DNA from: Octopus vulgaris
Taxonomy: Eukaryota
Assembly: GCA_951406725.2 (NCBI GenBank)
Contig: OX597815.1
Coordinates: forward strand, 117,614,001 to 117,678,000
Length of the DNA stretch: 64,000 bases
Reading direction: 5' to 3'
In this document: piece by piece, positions 1-13,744 of the stretch
How the letters are laid out: the number at the start of each line of letters is the position of its first letter
Numbering within the stretch: position 1 is the first letter of the stretch
Notes under the pieces: generated by a model
What the model was told of the DNA's origin: nothing
What the model saw: only the letters and a program-made list of their open reading frames with translations
Database searches by the model: none
Made by a program: the position numbers and the translations under genes

Positions 1-1560
1 ACTTTAGAAAACGCATATTAATGTTTCAGTATCATGAAAAGCGTGTTGTCCATAATTTTGTTATATACAACTGGGACTTCTGAAGCTACTTTCTTTTTTA
101 AATTCCTAACTCTAAAAATAGTTTCTTTTTAAATGTAATTTAAAGAAAACTTTCATGTAATTTTAATTTTGCCTGAAGTCGAACAGATTAAAAACGACTG
201 ATTTGTCACAATAAAGCATTGTTTCATGATTAAAAGAATATTTCATCATTAAAAAAAACATTAATGTCAGATGACGTCAATTTGAACAGTAGATATAGTC
301 CTCACCTATCATATATTAATTATCTTCATGATCACAAAACTCCACATTTATAGAAAAAAAAACCCCTAAAAACAAACAGACAAGAAATAGATTGCATGAG
401 TTGATGCCTTTTTGAGATACATCAGCGGTTGAAGTTAAACTGTATGTCATATATATTCACTTTTTGGTTCTTTCACCACAATTTTGATAAGTAAAGAGAA
501 AGCTATACTTTACTGAGGAGGTAAGAATAAAACCGGTTAAAACGGGAGTTCTCTCCTTTCCTCTACTTTTACGCAAAAATGAACATATTAACTATTGTTA
601 TTTCTCACCGCAATATTGTTATTTCTAGACATCGAATTTGTACTGTTGGAGACTCTGAATCATTTAACTGCAAAACAATTATACTTTCCTATGCCAGTCA
701 ATGTACATGTGCTTTCGCAAATACAAAGAACGCTTTCCTTTATTGAAGAAGTCAGTGTTTACTATGTACATGACTGTAAAAAAAAAAAAAATAATGAAAG
801 TTTAATTATTCATTAACGAGTATAGTTTTTCTTTAAAATTCAACACATAGTTATATTTAGTTTACTTATACGTTAATGTTAGTTTAAATATTTTGAGATT
901 ACATATTTTAGTTATAAATCGAAATACTTAGCTCTCTAAAAGCCTTAACTGTACGGCGCTCATTGCCATTTACTGCAAATTAATAATCAACAATTTCTAT
1001 TTCTGTTGAAAGATGTGAGTTTTAATTGGTGTCGTGTAGAAGGCAGTCCTGAAAATCGTATAGTACTCAAGAAGAAATCGATTTATTCAACCATTAATAT
1101 ATTCTAAAAGTTACACGTTGTATTCTCATTATAGTGTAGAAGTGCATTTCAACATCAATTTTGCATAAGGTATACGCCACCATACACACCCCTCCACACA
1201 CACATAAACACACACACACACACATGTACACTCACATACACGCATCGACTACATCATAAAAAAGTGTTAGATGTATATTTCTGCAGTGTTGCAAATCGAC
1301 AGAAAAACTGGATGTGGATTGGTGCAGAAAAATAAGGACTTAAATAAAATGAATCTCTTTAGGGATATGAATATCAGAACTGTTGTACAGTATTTGTGTA
1401 GCAACAAAGCTATATTTTATACAAGTTTATTTGTATTTACGTGATGGTTGAAGTCAGGAGTCGAACACATGAACCTAACCCATATGCATTTTTCTTGGTT
1501 CTCCTTTTTATTTCCTTTCTTCTCTTCCTCCTCTTCTTAGTTCCTCCTGGATATTCCACT

Positions 1561-1596
1561 ATCATCCGACGAAGAACTATATCCGAAACGTCATAA
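1561..1596 (+). ncRNA. Degenerate minimal hammerhead-like motif
   Basis: CCGACGA (1566-1572), short helix II (AGA..TCC), GAAA (1585-1588), ACGT palindromic helix III, GUC site; helix I weak. Confidence 0.4.
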
Positions 1597-1812
1597 CGCT
1601 TATTCTATAACTTTTATTCCTTCCTTGAGTATCAACCAGATTATATCGTAATATAAACTGTGAACATCCCTTGTAAATTAGTTGTTTCTGTTTTTTGCTA
1701 TTGGCATTTGCTTCACTACACACACACACACACAACTGTGTGTGTATATATATGTATATGTATACACGAATACATATACATGCCTTTCTCTCACTCTCCG
1801 TATAAAAATACA

Positions 1813-1893
<81 letters not shown>

Positions 1894-1944
1894 ATATACA
1901 CCAGAGTAAGCACATATATATATAGCAGTGTAAGCACATGTGAA

Positions 1945-2104
1945 ACAATGTAAAAAAAATAGTACTCGAATAACGGAGGTAGAGTAATATACTTTATTAA
2001 GAAAGCTGCAAAGACATCACATAAACACATAAACTGTTACTCAGAGTTTCACGTTCCCGATCGTCGGACAGTTTTTATGATGTCTTTGGTGCTTTATTAA
2101 TAAA

Positions 2105-2110
<6 letters not shown>
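1945..2110 (-). mobile_element. Non-coding PLE-terminus-like foldback insert
   Basis: Inverted arms ~1989-2037 and ~2068-2110 pivoting on a hammerhead motif; related copy at ~37530-37700; lies among (TA)n tracts. Confidence 0.6.
2031..2074 (-). ncRNA. Minimal type-I hammerhead ribozyme-like motif
   Basis: Minus strand AAACTGT-CCGACGA-TCGGGAACGT-GAAA-CTCTGAG-TA-ACAGTTT: 7-bp helix I, near-palindromic helix III, GUA site. Confidence 0.65.
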
Positions 2111-2147
<37 letters not shown>

Positions 2148-3306
2148 TTAGAGTAAAAACACTTCTACAAAGTATTGCGCTGTGGAACCAGACAAGAACA
2201 TGATGAGGATGCGGAGATCTCAGTCACACGGCTATGCTTATCTGTACGCAGACAGACAGACAGACAGACACACACACACACAATGTAATAAGTTGATTCA
2301 ATGTCACGTAACTGAATATTTCTCGAGCTCAGACTAGCCAACCTATATATGAGAGACATTAGTTAATAATGGGGACCCTAAAAGATGTGTAGACTATAAC
2401 TTGCATAAACAAAAGACCAAATTCACCAAAGACTGATGTAACAGATGTAGTACTTACTAAAAATACTCAGACTACACGTTATATTATAAAAACTAAATTC
2501 ACTCTGGTTATAAAATAAACTAATATAAAATCTCATGAAATTGAACATAACCTGTAGCAAATCTTGCCATAAACTCATTGTTATAGTTAGAATATATGAT
2601 AATATCAGAATGGAAAATCGTCTTCAATACAAAGCCACAAAATGTTCGTCAAAAGAGCTAATGTGATATATAAATTTTAACGTATACGTGACAGTTGTAA
2701 AAACACTGTGAATCGAATTGTTACGTCATACACACAAGTATGATATTTTCTTGTCAGATGACCATGCAGTTACAGATAGAAGCCATTGTAGTCTATTATA
2801 ATGCAATATATACAATCAAATTAGACAGATAAACATTGGGTGACAGCACTGTAATTTTACATTGAATTCTACAAAAATGAGAACAACAAGTATAGAAGCT
2901 TTACTAATAGCAAAAGAAAAACAGCAACAAAAAAACAGCAAAATCTTAAACACACAAATACATCATACGTATAAATGCTATGAACTATATAACAGGATGC
3001 GCTGCTAGATGATTTTAAAATCTGATCTGAGGATTGTAAAGTTTTAGAATTCTACTCCCGATCCTTTGTGTCTTGGTGCAGAATGCGTGGACTATACGCT
3101 TTTACAACAATTTACTTTGAAAATAAGATTGTGAAAGTCCTGAGACGCCTGAGCAATGGACTTAGTGGATCTTGAAACTTTATTATTCTAAAAAAAAGTT
3201 TGAAAGCTATTAAGGTTAAATATCTAAATGCCTAAATAAAAAAGATCAAACTTGAACACAGTCGTGTTTTTCTTATATCACACGTTATAGAAAAGTTGTT
3301 CCCTAT

Positions 3307-3366
<60 letters not shown>

Positions 3367-3632
3367 AGATACACACACATACACACACACTCACATAATG
3401 TAATAGGTTGATTCATTGTCACTAACATATGTTTGTATGTATGATTTTATGAGAGAAAGAGTGTGTGTGTTTAAATACATATGCTTATGTGCATGTTTTA
3501 GATTGCTGTTTAAGCCTATTAGGCCAGACAAAGTTTCACACCCGCTTAAGTATTTTATTTCCTATCAATTATTTTCGCGTGATTTTAATTACAGTCATAA
3601 ATGGCTAACAACGCTCTGCTGTGACTGCCGCC

Positions 3633-3852
3633 AGTATGGTTTCAAATTTTGGCACAAGGCCAGGAATTTTAGAGGAGGGATACGTCGATTACCTCGATTC
3701 CATTGCTCAGATGATAATTATTATAATAAATCGATCTTGAAAGAGTGAATGGTAAAGTCGACCTTGACGAAATTTGAACTTATGACATAAAGAGCCTGAA
3801 GAAATTCCGCTAAGCATTCTGTCCGACGTGCTAACGCTTTTACCAGCTTCTT
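3633..3852 (-). mobile_element. tRNA-derived SINE family A (Meta-domain-like central part), degenerate
   Basis: Reverse complement of the gagttcaaattcc..gaggtcgactttgcctttcatc family seen at 7013, 19798 and 44800. Confidence 0.75.
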
Positions 3853-4151
3853 AAATATCCTTAATACGACATATATGACGAAAAAGTGTTCATCTTAATT
3901 TCTTTTGGATGAGCCTCCCTGTTTGTATGGAAGAGTTAGTGAACAAGATAGAAATATATTTGAGTAAACTGCTAGTTCTCTACGGTCCTCATGCATTTTC
4001 CTACTGTTTCCTTTCAACCATTGAGATGGCTACCAAGTACGACTTGTATGTTCGGGGTAAAAGCATGAACGTCACAAGTTTGCATTTTGTCATTTCCTTT
4101 TGCCTGCACTTAAGAGGCTTTTTGCTTTTAACAACTACCACCAAGCCTACA

Positions 4152-4410
4152 GTGTGTTTGGTAAAAGATGGAAGTCTGTAGCAAGTATGTTGCGAGTGAA
4201 AGAACCTGTCTAAACGAGAACAAAAAGGAGAAAGCAAAGTCTTCAGTTTGAGTATGTGATTTGTGGAGTCGACCGCGTCCTCCGCTTCATTGTTTGTAAA
4301 TCACTCATTCTCATTTAATTGCTTATTCATACGTTTCGTCTCATTCGATTTCCTGATCCCAATGTTTGTTTTGTCTGTCCTCGTATCGTCCCTCGTGGTT
4401 AATAAAGAAA
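4152..4410 (+). mobile_element. 3' stub of an L1/Tx1-like LINE
   Basis: Reads VFGKRWKSVASMLRVKEPV* (F..RW ORF2 C-terminal pattern), then a T-rich UTR ending in AATAAAGAAA. Confidence 0.5.
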
Positions 4411-5389
4411 TTGACTGAATTTCTTCTATTTGACTTCCTCGTTTCACTAATTGTTCTCCTTGTATGCACACCCATTTATTTGATTATTTTTTGACATTGT
4501 TGATGTTTTAATTAATTGTAACTTTTTCCTTGTTTCCATCATTTTTCTAATCTATTTATAGCTGGAATAACATGAAATAAAAAAAAAATCAACTCTTAAA
4601 TCATTTTGTACACAGTAGAACATATAAAGTAGTTAATTTGTAATACTTAAATCTTGTTTCCAATAGAAATACACGAGCGGCAGTCAGACCGAAAACATAC
4701 AACATCAAAAATATCGAAAATAAAAACAGTGACGCTACCAAACACAACTATAACACCACCACCAACACTGCTAACAATAATATCGATAGACAACTGTTAG
4801 CCATATGTTTCCAAAACGGTTCAAATGTAACATACATGAAAATAAAGAGACTTTACCATCATTGATTAGATTTAAAAATGAATGCAACCCAGATATTTAT
4901 CCATGAGTCATGCGTTCTATGCATATATTTACACACTTGCTGGCAATTTACTGAGAACAAGAAAGAGAAGGATTTAATTATTTGATAAATGAAATATATT
5001 TGGTAACGTAGGGTGATTGTGAGTGAATTTCTTAGGAAGGAGAAAATGTCACTGAAGAAGAATATGGAACTTAAACTAAGACAATCCATGTTCTAACTTG
5101 CCAGTGTGAGTCAGAGATCCAGAGCAGCTGAAAAATTTCTCACCAACAAATCGATAAATACGTTTGCTCTATACCAACAAGTACGTATGCATGCAAATGT
5201 GCCGCTGCACAGAAATACTGCAGACTTGCACGTGTACACATACGCATCATAAACAATGCACACTTTATTTAACTCAAGCACATCACATGCGAGGAGTTGT
5301 TAGAACAAAATGTATGTGTATGTCCATTAATATATGTGCAGAATATGTGTTTGTGCGTAATTGTGCATGCAAGTTTCTATGTACTTGCA

Positions 5390-5835
<446 letters not shown>

Positions 5836-6394
5836 GAGTGAATGAACGTTTTCTGGGAGGAAAAAGGAAAGAATATACGCCTAAATTTCTCTCTGTATCT
5901 GTTTACACGTACACCTGTATTATACACGAGTGAGTGTGCATCTGCATGTATGCAGTTCCTGACACGTGACTCCCAGCCATCAATTTTTGCCCTTCGTCAC
6001 GGATCCTCAACCGTAAATGTTTTACGCTCTACTTAACCACTTCAAATATTGTAATTTGTTATAATTTAATAGTCGAAATAATTTCATTGAATTGAAATTG
6101 AAATTGTAAAATTGGACTCGCACAAAGAACCTTTTACTCAAAGTATTTTAAAACACACGTCTCTGCAAATACAAGAAGACCTATGTTGAAGGACTGAAGA
6201 TAAGACATACATTAGTTGTTACCCTCAAATAGTACAGAATATTACAATAATTCTGGCATAAGCTTCCATACAAATATCGGACATTTTATATCAATTCTTT
6301 ACTTCTATATCGGTCCACATCCAGGTGTTGAGTCGACTTCGAAAACTGTAAGAAACGAAAACGTATAACGTTACTGCATGATGCAGCCGATGTT

Positions 6395-6426
<32 letters not shown>

Positions 6427-6499
6427 TGTATGTATGTATGTATGTATGTATGTATGTATGTATGTATGCATGCATGCACGTATGTGTATGTATCTTCTT

Positions 6500-6700
6500 T
6501 TTTTTTATCTTTTACTTGTTTCAGTTACTGGACTGCGGCCATGCTAGGGCACCACTTTGGAGGATTTAGTCAAACAAATCAACCCCAGTACTTATGCTTT
6601 TTAAAGCTTGGTACTTATTCTCTCGGTCTCTTTTGCCGAACTGCTTGGTTACTGGGACGTAACCAAGTTGTTAAACGGCGTTGGAGAGAAAGCGCGCGCA
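6500..6700 (-). mobile_element. 3' half of SINE family C
   Basis: ttttacttgtttcagt..gactgcggccatgct..cagtacttat, as in the full copy at 56670-57064. Confidence 0.8.
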
Positions 6701-7012
6701 CACACACACAAATATACCCACATGGAAACACACATACAATATGTACAAAAGAGGAAGATCTGCCTTTTCATTCACACAAAGCCTACACATGTATACTGCA
6801 ATTATACTAATAACTTACGTCATCATGAATTCATTTCATTTGTTATTTTGTTGTATAGTATCTCAGTATTGCTGCGAGTTGTTATGTACCTCAGCGCCAC
6901 ATTTCGTAAAGGCATGACTCAACCCAAAGAAGCGTTTGTATAATATTGTATCAGTATTCATAAACAAGGACGCTATATTGCGCTAACGGTAGAGGATCGG
7001 AAAGACTGCTTT

Positions 7013-7440
7013 AAGGTGGCGTGCTAGAAAAATCGTTGGCCTACCGGACAAAATGCTTAGCGGCATTTCGTTCGTCTTTACGTTCTGAGCTCAAAATCCG
7101 CCGAAGTCGACTTTGTCTTTCATCCTTTTGGAATCGATGAAATAAGTACCAGTTTGGCACTGGGATCGATGTAATCGACTTAACCCGTCTCCTGAAATTG
7201 CTGGCCTTGTGCCAGAATTGGAAACTAGTATTAATATTAGCATTAAGGCGGCCAGCTGGCAGATCATTAGCACGCTGGGCAAAATACTTTGTAGCATTTC
7301 GTCTCTCTACGTTCTGAGTTCATATTCTGCCGAAGTCAGCTTTTTCTTTCATCCTTTCAGGTTCTATAAAATAAGTACCAGTTGAACACTGGGATCGATG
7401 TAATCAAATTTCAGGCCTTGTGCGTATAGTAGAAAGGATA
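7013..7440 (+). mobile_element. Head-to-tail pair of SINE family A copies
   Basis: Two units starting aaggtggcg/aaggcggcc, each with the gtcgactttg..tttcatcctt..ataagtaccagtt domain. Confidence 0.85.
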
Positions 7441-8559
7441 TTTAGTTGCGTTCTTTTACTACGCAAGTTTAATCGACTCTTTTGGGGTTAGTTTAACTAT
7501 ACGATAAAATATGCATCAGTTCATTACTAAGGTCGATATAATAATCAAACCTAGTAGATGCCCTGAGCAGTAGCACCTCCTTGAGTCTAGAGCTCAGATG
7601 ATGACGCTGTGATGGTAATGAATGTTTAGACGGATTGTGATATTTCTTAGAAAAAAACAAACTATTCGGATCACCCTTAGCATTTAGACGACCCAGATCT
7701 TTTTCTCAAATGACATAACACTGCACCTAAAATTGAGGCTAGTGAACAGTTGTTATATTATACCAATATTCCTCTACCGAACAGAAACGCGGACAATGGT
7801 CCTCGAGCCACTCTTCATCAGTTCCAACGACCCGCTGTCCTGAATTACTATTTTTTATCGGTGCCTAAATGATGATGAGGAAAGGTTACCTTAACGGGAT
7901 TTGAACTTGCAATGAATACCACGTGGCATTCTATCTATATGCTCCGACTAGTACTCCGTCAATTTGCCGCCTTAATATATATAGACTGACATACTCTTAA
8001 AAGAGGGGATGGTCAAGGCTGGAAAGCCTTTGATCATAAGTCTTTTCTGTGTGTTGACCTGAGAAAATTAAACCACAGCAATAACAACTGCACTAAGAGA
8101 AAAATCATTCAGCAGGAGCAGCAACCACACCACCACCACCACCACCACCACCAACGACGACAACATTTGGTCCAAAAGAAGGCAACCACAGCAGTAATCT
8201 AAAAACAATACATCGTGGACTGATATAACCTGACTTGGTTCTCGCCAAACTCCCCTCCATAAATCTCATAAATGTCAAACTCTATGATACAGCACACACC
8301 GTGTCATCATAGTCTTCAAACATCCCTTCGGCGGAAAAAAAAAAACTAAACATTTTTCAAACGGATAAGGAAATAAATAAAATGAATAACCTTTAAATAT
8401 GTGATGAGTACATTTATCCATACAGCTGGACCACCCACAAATAAATAGTTGGATGCATGGTTACACGACCTACTAGAAATAGCAGCCAAATCTTCTTCGT
8501 CCTACAATTTTATAAAACGTAAAATATATTGGATATAGGGTGCTTGAGGCGCTGTATCG

Positions 8560-8950
8560 TTTATCTTCCTTTTATTTGTTTCGATCATTGACTGTGGCCA
8601 TACTGGAGCACTGCCTTGACGGGGTTTAGTCGTACAAATCGACTCTGGTACTTCTCTTTAAGTGTGGTACTTATTCTATCGATCTGTTTAGCCGAAACGC
8701 AATATCACGGGGATGTAAATAAATAGACACCGGTTGTCAAGTAGTTGGTGGGGACAGACATAGAAACAAACGCAAACATACACACACACAGCAGGCTTCC
8801 ACACATTTTCCACCTGCCAGATTTACTTACAGGGTATTGATCGGCTGGGAGATATAGTAGAAGACATTTGACCCAGGTGGTGCGCAATGGAATTGAACCC
8901 GAAGCCATATGGGTGCAAAGCAAGCTTCTTAAACCATTAAGCCATGCCTG
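8560..8950 (-). mobile_element. SINE family C copy
   Basis: Colinear with 56670-57064. Confidence 0.8.
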
Positions 8951-9047
8951 TTTCTAAAATAAAAACAACAATGATGAGATGGTCAGGGCTAAAATGCCTT
9001 CAATGAAGAGCAATGGTCAGGAGTTTAATAGCAACAGTCACAACAGT

Positions 9048-9240
9048 GGAGGCGCAATGGCCCAGTGGTTAGGGCAGCAGACTCGCGGTCGAAAGAACGC
9101 GGTTTCGATTCCCAGACCGGGCATTGTGAATGTCTATTGAGCAAAAACACCTAAGCTCCACGTGGATCCGGTGGGGAGGGTTGGTGAACTCCGCTGTACT
9201 CTTTCACCACAACTTTCTCTCACTCTTTCTTCCTGCTTCT
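9048..9240 (+). mobile_element. tRNA-derived SINE family B, 5' part
   Basis: Box A TGGCCCAGTGG, box B GGTTTCGATTCCC; matches the minus-strand copy at 36020-36318. Confidence 0.8.
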
Positions 9241-9569
9241 GCTACAAAGCTGAGGAACCATGGTGTAACCCACTATGGTGTGGTAAAACTTTCGGACTCT
9301 AGTCTAGATTGCGAATCCTCTGTGCCCCAGGATGGTTCAGCTCTCCATCCGTTAAAAGCCACCGTTTACGGAATGAGCATAAGAACGTATCGCGTGGGGT
9401 GGGTGGATCTTCAAGTTGCCACACGCATTCTTAGTAGCTTAGAGTAGGCTCGAATTAGAGATTATTCTTTGTGGCTAATGTCGTGGTCCTGATTGGAAAA
9501 AGAAGAAGAAGAAGAAGAAGGAGACAGCAATAACAACGATGACAGCGATAACAAAAAAAAAAAAAAAGA

Positions 9570-9890
9570 AACTAGCATTCCGTCGGTTACAACGACGAGG
9601 TTTCCAGTTGATCCAATTAACAGAACAGCCTGCTTGTGAAATTAACTTGCATGTGACTGAACACTCCACTAACATGCATGTCCATAGCGTAGTTCTCAGG
9701 TAGATTTAGCACGAGGCAAAATGTGACAAGGCTGACCCTTTGAATTACAGGTACAATTCCTTTTTTTCTAGCTGAATGGACTGGAGTAACGTGAAACAAA
9801 ACGTTTTGCTCAAGGACACTATGCACCCCTAGGTATCGAACTCATGAGCGTGAGTCGAAGTACCCAAACGACTAAGTCGCGCGCTTTCAA
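9570..9890 (-). mobile_element. tRNA-derived SINE (family B-related)
   Basis: Minus-strand tRNA-like head, ccttgagcaaaac..tcacgttactccagtccattcagct body, A-rich tail. Confidence 0.7.
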
Positions 9891-10266
9891 TAACAACAAA
9901 TAACTAGATATATGAATGAGGATATAACATTATCATAAGACACTATCTGTTCTACTTGATCTAAAACAAACGTAGAAATATCTTACGCACTTACATGAAC
10001 GCATGCTCTCTCTCTCTCTCTCTCTCCACACGCACACACACGAGGCATACCACAGTTGCTGCAACACCAGTTACAACAAATTCCGTATTAAGCCGTCATC
10101 TACCTCCAGTAATTCATTCACCCTTCTGTTCAGTGTCCGTTTTGTCCGTTTTCGGTGCCGCCTCTATCAGAGTATTCAAGAATAGACATATATGAACAGT
10201 TTGTTACTGTGCAACACCCACGGACAGCTTCACTATCAGACCGAAGTAGAGTACATATCCATCCAT

Positions 10267-10371
<105 letters not shown>

Positions 10372-10609
10372 AATGTGTATACTTCTTATCATGTTTGCTT
10401 AAGTAGAAAAAAATGTATCAACAGTTGATAAATACACTTTACATTTTTCCATTGCATACACATATCATGGAAGGAGGTAGCGAAACGCCATCGTTAAGCG
10501 AAAGAGCAACAGCTTAATCACAAGGGAGACGATGAGTAGGTGAGTAGGCTGGCTATTGTGGGTAGATGGTAGGGGTCGGCAGACGTAAGGCTAAGTGAAT
10601 AAAATAATG

Positions 10610-10613
10610 GTGG

Positions 10614-10653
<40 letters not shown>

Positions 10654-11020
10654 CATGATCATGATCATGATGACGATGATGGTGGTGGTATTGTAGGTGG
10701 TGATGTTGATGACGATGCTGCTGCTGCTGCTGATGATGATGATTATGAAGATGATGAGGATGATGATGAGGTTGAGGATGAGGATGAAGGGAATGAGGAG
10801 AAAGAGAGGGAGGGTGATGAAGATGATGACGACGACAATGATAATGAAATGATGATGAAGATGCTGATGTTGAAGGTGGTGGTGTTAGTGGCCGTGTAGG
10901 TGGCGATGTCGATGAGGATGGTGAGGGGGGAGAGGAGGCAGAAGAAGAAAAAGAAGAGGAAGATGAAGATGAGGAGGGAGAGACGGAAGTGGAGGAGAAT
11001 GAATATCATTGACGACGACA

Positions 11021-11051
<31 letters not shown>

Positions 11052-11085
11052 CGACGACGACGATGATGTTAAAGATGACGAATGA
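10610..11085. repeat. Degenerate trinucleotide tract (GAT/GAG/GAC/GGT)n
   Basis: Directly visible; source of the poly-D/S/M ORFs. Confidence 0.95.
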
Positions 11086-11661
11086 TTACATCGAAGTTTA
11101 CTTGTCCGAACGTAGCCGCAGTGAAAGAGAAGTCTTAGTTGTGAAATTGTCATTATCTCCTTCATTAACAATTACCAACAGCAGACGTCACAAATATTTC
11201 ATTCCGAACGCCAGTTATTAATTGAATGGAAAAGACACTAGACTGCTGACATCACCACTAATGGCTTTACCTACATCTAGGACTTCCTGTCTGTCACATT
11301 CCATACACAGCTAACATCTTCGACAATTTACATATATACACTTCTCTATGACATTTCCAGCACAAACAACTCGCGCCCCATTTCCTCTCAGGTCCTGGTG
11401 ATGGCTGACTCTGCTTTCTCCACATACATCTGGATTTCATTGAATTTTCTCTTCTTTATATCATACGAACATAATAGCAAGTTGTTTGGGAGAGTGTTTA
11501 ACAAGTGGCTGGTCTTAGAATATATCAAGTTTTCCATGTCTCAGGTATACTGTTAAACATATCAATTAGGCTAAACATATTGATTTCACAGCATATTTAT
11601 TACATAAACAGTAAAGAATATCATGGTTATGTATCTGTTTACATGCAGAAATGCATTCTAT

Positions 11662-11699
<38 letters not shown>

Positions 11700-11970
11700 G
11701 TGTGTGTTACTATTTGTTTTTACGTTTAGTTATAATGAAAGCAATTCTACAGTAATCTGAGGGGGTATTCTATCTAATGTGTGTGTACGTAAATATATAT
11801 GTATGTATGTTCATAAGTATGTACATATGTATGTAAGCATGATAGTGTGTATGAATGGGTGTATGAATGTTCGTAAGTCCAACTCCCTCGTTCTCATCTC
11901 TCTCACTCTCTCACGTCCTCATTCGCTTCCTTCTTCTATATCGCTTTAATTCGCGTTCTCCTTTCCTCCC

Positions 11971-12061
<91 letters not shown>

Positions 12062-12139
12062 TCTGTGCGTGTTTGTGTGTGTGTGTGTGTGCGTTTGAGT
12101 GTGTGCTGTGTGTGCTGTATGTGCATTTACACACACGTA

Positions 12140-12675
12140 TGTTCGAGGTTTCAACAAACGAAGGATTACTCAATAAATCTTGTACAGAATATTTATTTGT
12201 ACAAAGCTAGTGATTCACACCATTGTTGTTCAGAGTCTCACGCTCGGTGCAGTCCTTCAGGCGACAATTAAAATGATTTTCATCGCACCACCAGAACTTG
12301 GTTAGCTACAGAATAATTCACCAACACATTATATGAATTTGGATGCATTTATATACATAAATATATATATTATATATACTTGTAGGTTTACTATGAATAC
12401 CGATACAGATGTTCATAGAATTAGGTGTTTCTTGTTGTAGTTTAATTTTAAAATTAGTGTTTAATCGTGTCTATATTTGATTGAATTCTGTTGTACATAG
12501 GGTAAATGTATTTGAAAGTTGTGTGTTTTGTTTTTACGTATGTTTGTTCCCAAACAGCACTTCTTTTAGTCCTGTTGACAACGCCAGATTGAATGGTACT
12601 GCCCAGGTGTCAAAACCATAATTATATCCGGGGCAGCTGATGATGGTTTGTTGGTATGGCTGTTTTTTGTATATG
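12140..12675 (-). mobile_element. Probable PLE 3' fragment with degenerate hammerhead at 12223-12268
   Basis: Minus CTGAAGG..GAGACTCTGAAC resembles the GAAACTCTGAGTA family; a short open frame ends YKKQPYQQTIISCPGYNYGFDTWAVPFNLALSTGLKEVLFGNKHT*. Confidence 0.4.
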
Positions 12676-12844
12676 TAGAATGGTGTGTGGTAAGTAGCTT
12701 GTTTACCAACCACATGATTCCGGGTTCATTCCCACTACGTGGCACCTTGGGCAAGTGTCTTCTTCTATAGCCTCGGGCCGACCACAGCCTTCTGGGTGGA
12801 TTTGGTAGGCGAAAACTGAAAGAAGCTCGTCGTATATATATATA

Positions 12845-13313
12845 TATAATATTAATTAGAGACAAAACCACTATTTTGCAAATCAAACAAAGAAAGACTT
12901 AATCCAATACATAAAAAAATTTAATATAAATTAAATAAATTTAAATTCGCCACTACAATTGTTTCGTGTCTCTTCTAAGGACATTCATCAGGTGGATTTC
13001 AGATCTAAAAATAATCAATATTTTAAAGATATAAATTTAAAATGACTAAAACTATAAATAATATAAATTTATCAATGAAATAATATATATATATAATCTA
13101 TATATAATCTATATATAATCAAGAACTAAAATAACCTCTATAAACAATTGAATATAAAGAAACCTAGTATTTAAGTTCTCATATTTAAAGATGAAGAATC
13201 TAATTTCAAAATCTAATTGTCTCTAATTAATATTATATAATATTTTACTATAAAATTGGATTCAATCCTAAATCTGATTTTTCCCTGTAAATTTGGATTT
13301 ATTCCCTAATATT

Positions 13314-13320
<7 letters not shown>
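12845..13320 (-). mobile_element. Non-coding PLE-terminus-like insert with partial inverted repeat
   Basis: tataatattaattagagacaa (left) is inverted at ~13217-13237; contains a hammerhead; (TA)n on both sides. Confidence 0.6.
12950..12995 (-). ncRNA. Minimal type-I hammerhead ribozyme-like motif
   Basis: Minus CCAC-CTGATGA-ATGTC(CTTAGAAGA)GACAC-GAAA-CAATTG-TA-GTGG: canonical core, ACAATTGT palindrome, GUA site, 4-bp helix I. Confidence 0.75.
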
Positions 13321-13355
<35 letters not shown>

Positions 13356-13572
13356 ATATACTTGTGCGTCTGTGTTTGTCCCCCACCAACATCGCTTGAC
13401 AACCGATGGTGGTGTGTTTACATCCTCAACTTAGCGGTTCAGCGAAAGAGACCAATAGAATAAGTACTAAGCTTACAAAGAATAAGTCCTGGGGTCGATT
13501 TGCTCGACTAAAGGCGGTGTTCCAGCATGGCCGCAGCCAAATGACTGAAACAAGTAAAAGAATAAAAGAATA

Positions 13573-13604
<32 letters not shown>

Positions 13605-13676
13605 GTTATTGAAGTAGATAAAAGTAAAAGAATAAAAGAATATATATGAATATATATATTTATATATATATACAAA

Positions 13677-13733
<57 letters not shown>

Positions 13734-13744
13734 GAATATATATA

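Larger units (their letters stand above)
12680..13570 (+). mobile_element. SINE family C split at its internal (TA)n by a PLE-like insert
   Basis: 5' half 12680-12835 and 3' half 13360-13570 match the reverse complement of 56670-57064. Confidence 0.88.

Noticed and set aside
2165-2241. Possible minus-strand terminal exon DKHSRVTEISASSSCSCLVPQRNTL*
   Set aside because: The acceptor is made of a (TCTG)n microsatellite; no homology or partner exon
7795-7825. Minus-strand CTGATGA-AGAGTGGCTC-GAGG
   Set aside because: No GAAA and no helix I
9048-9125. tRNA-like boxes here and at 23174, 36250 and 15625
   Set aside because: SINE heads that run into repeat bodies; no complete cloverleaf or terminator
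10743-11221. Acidic/basic low-complexity ORFs
   Set aside because: Trinucleotide repeat tract, open in several frames on both strands
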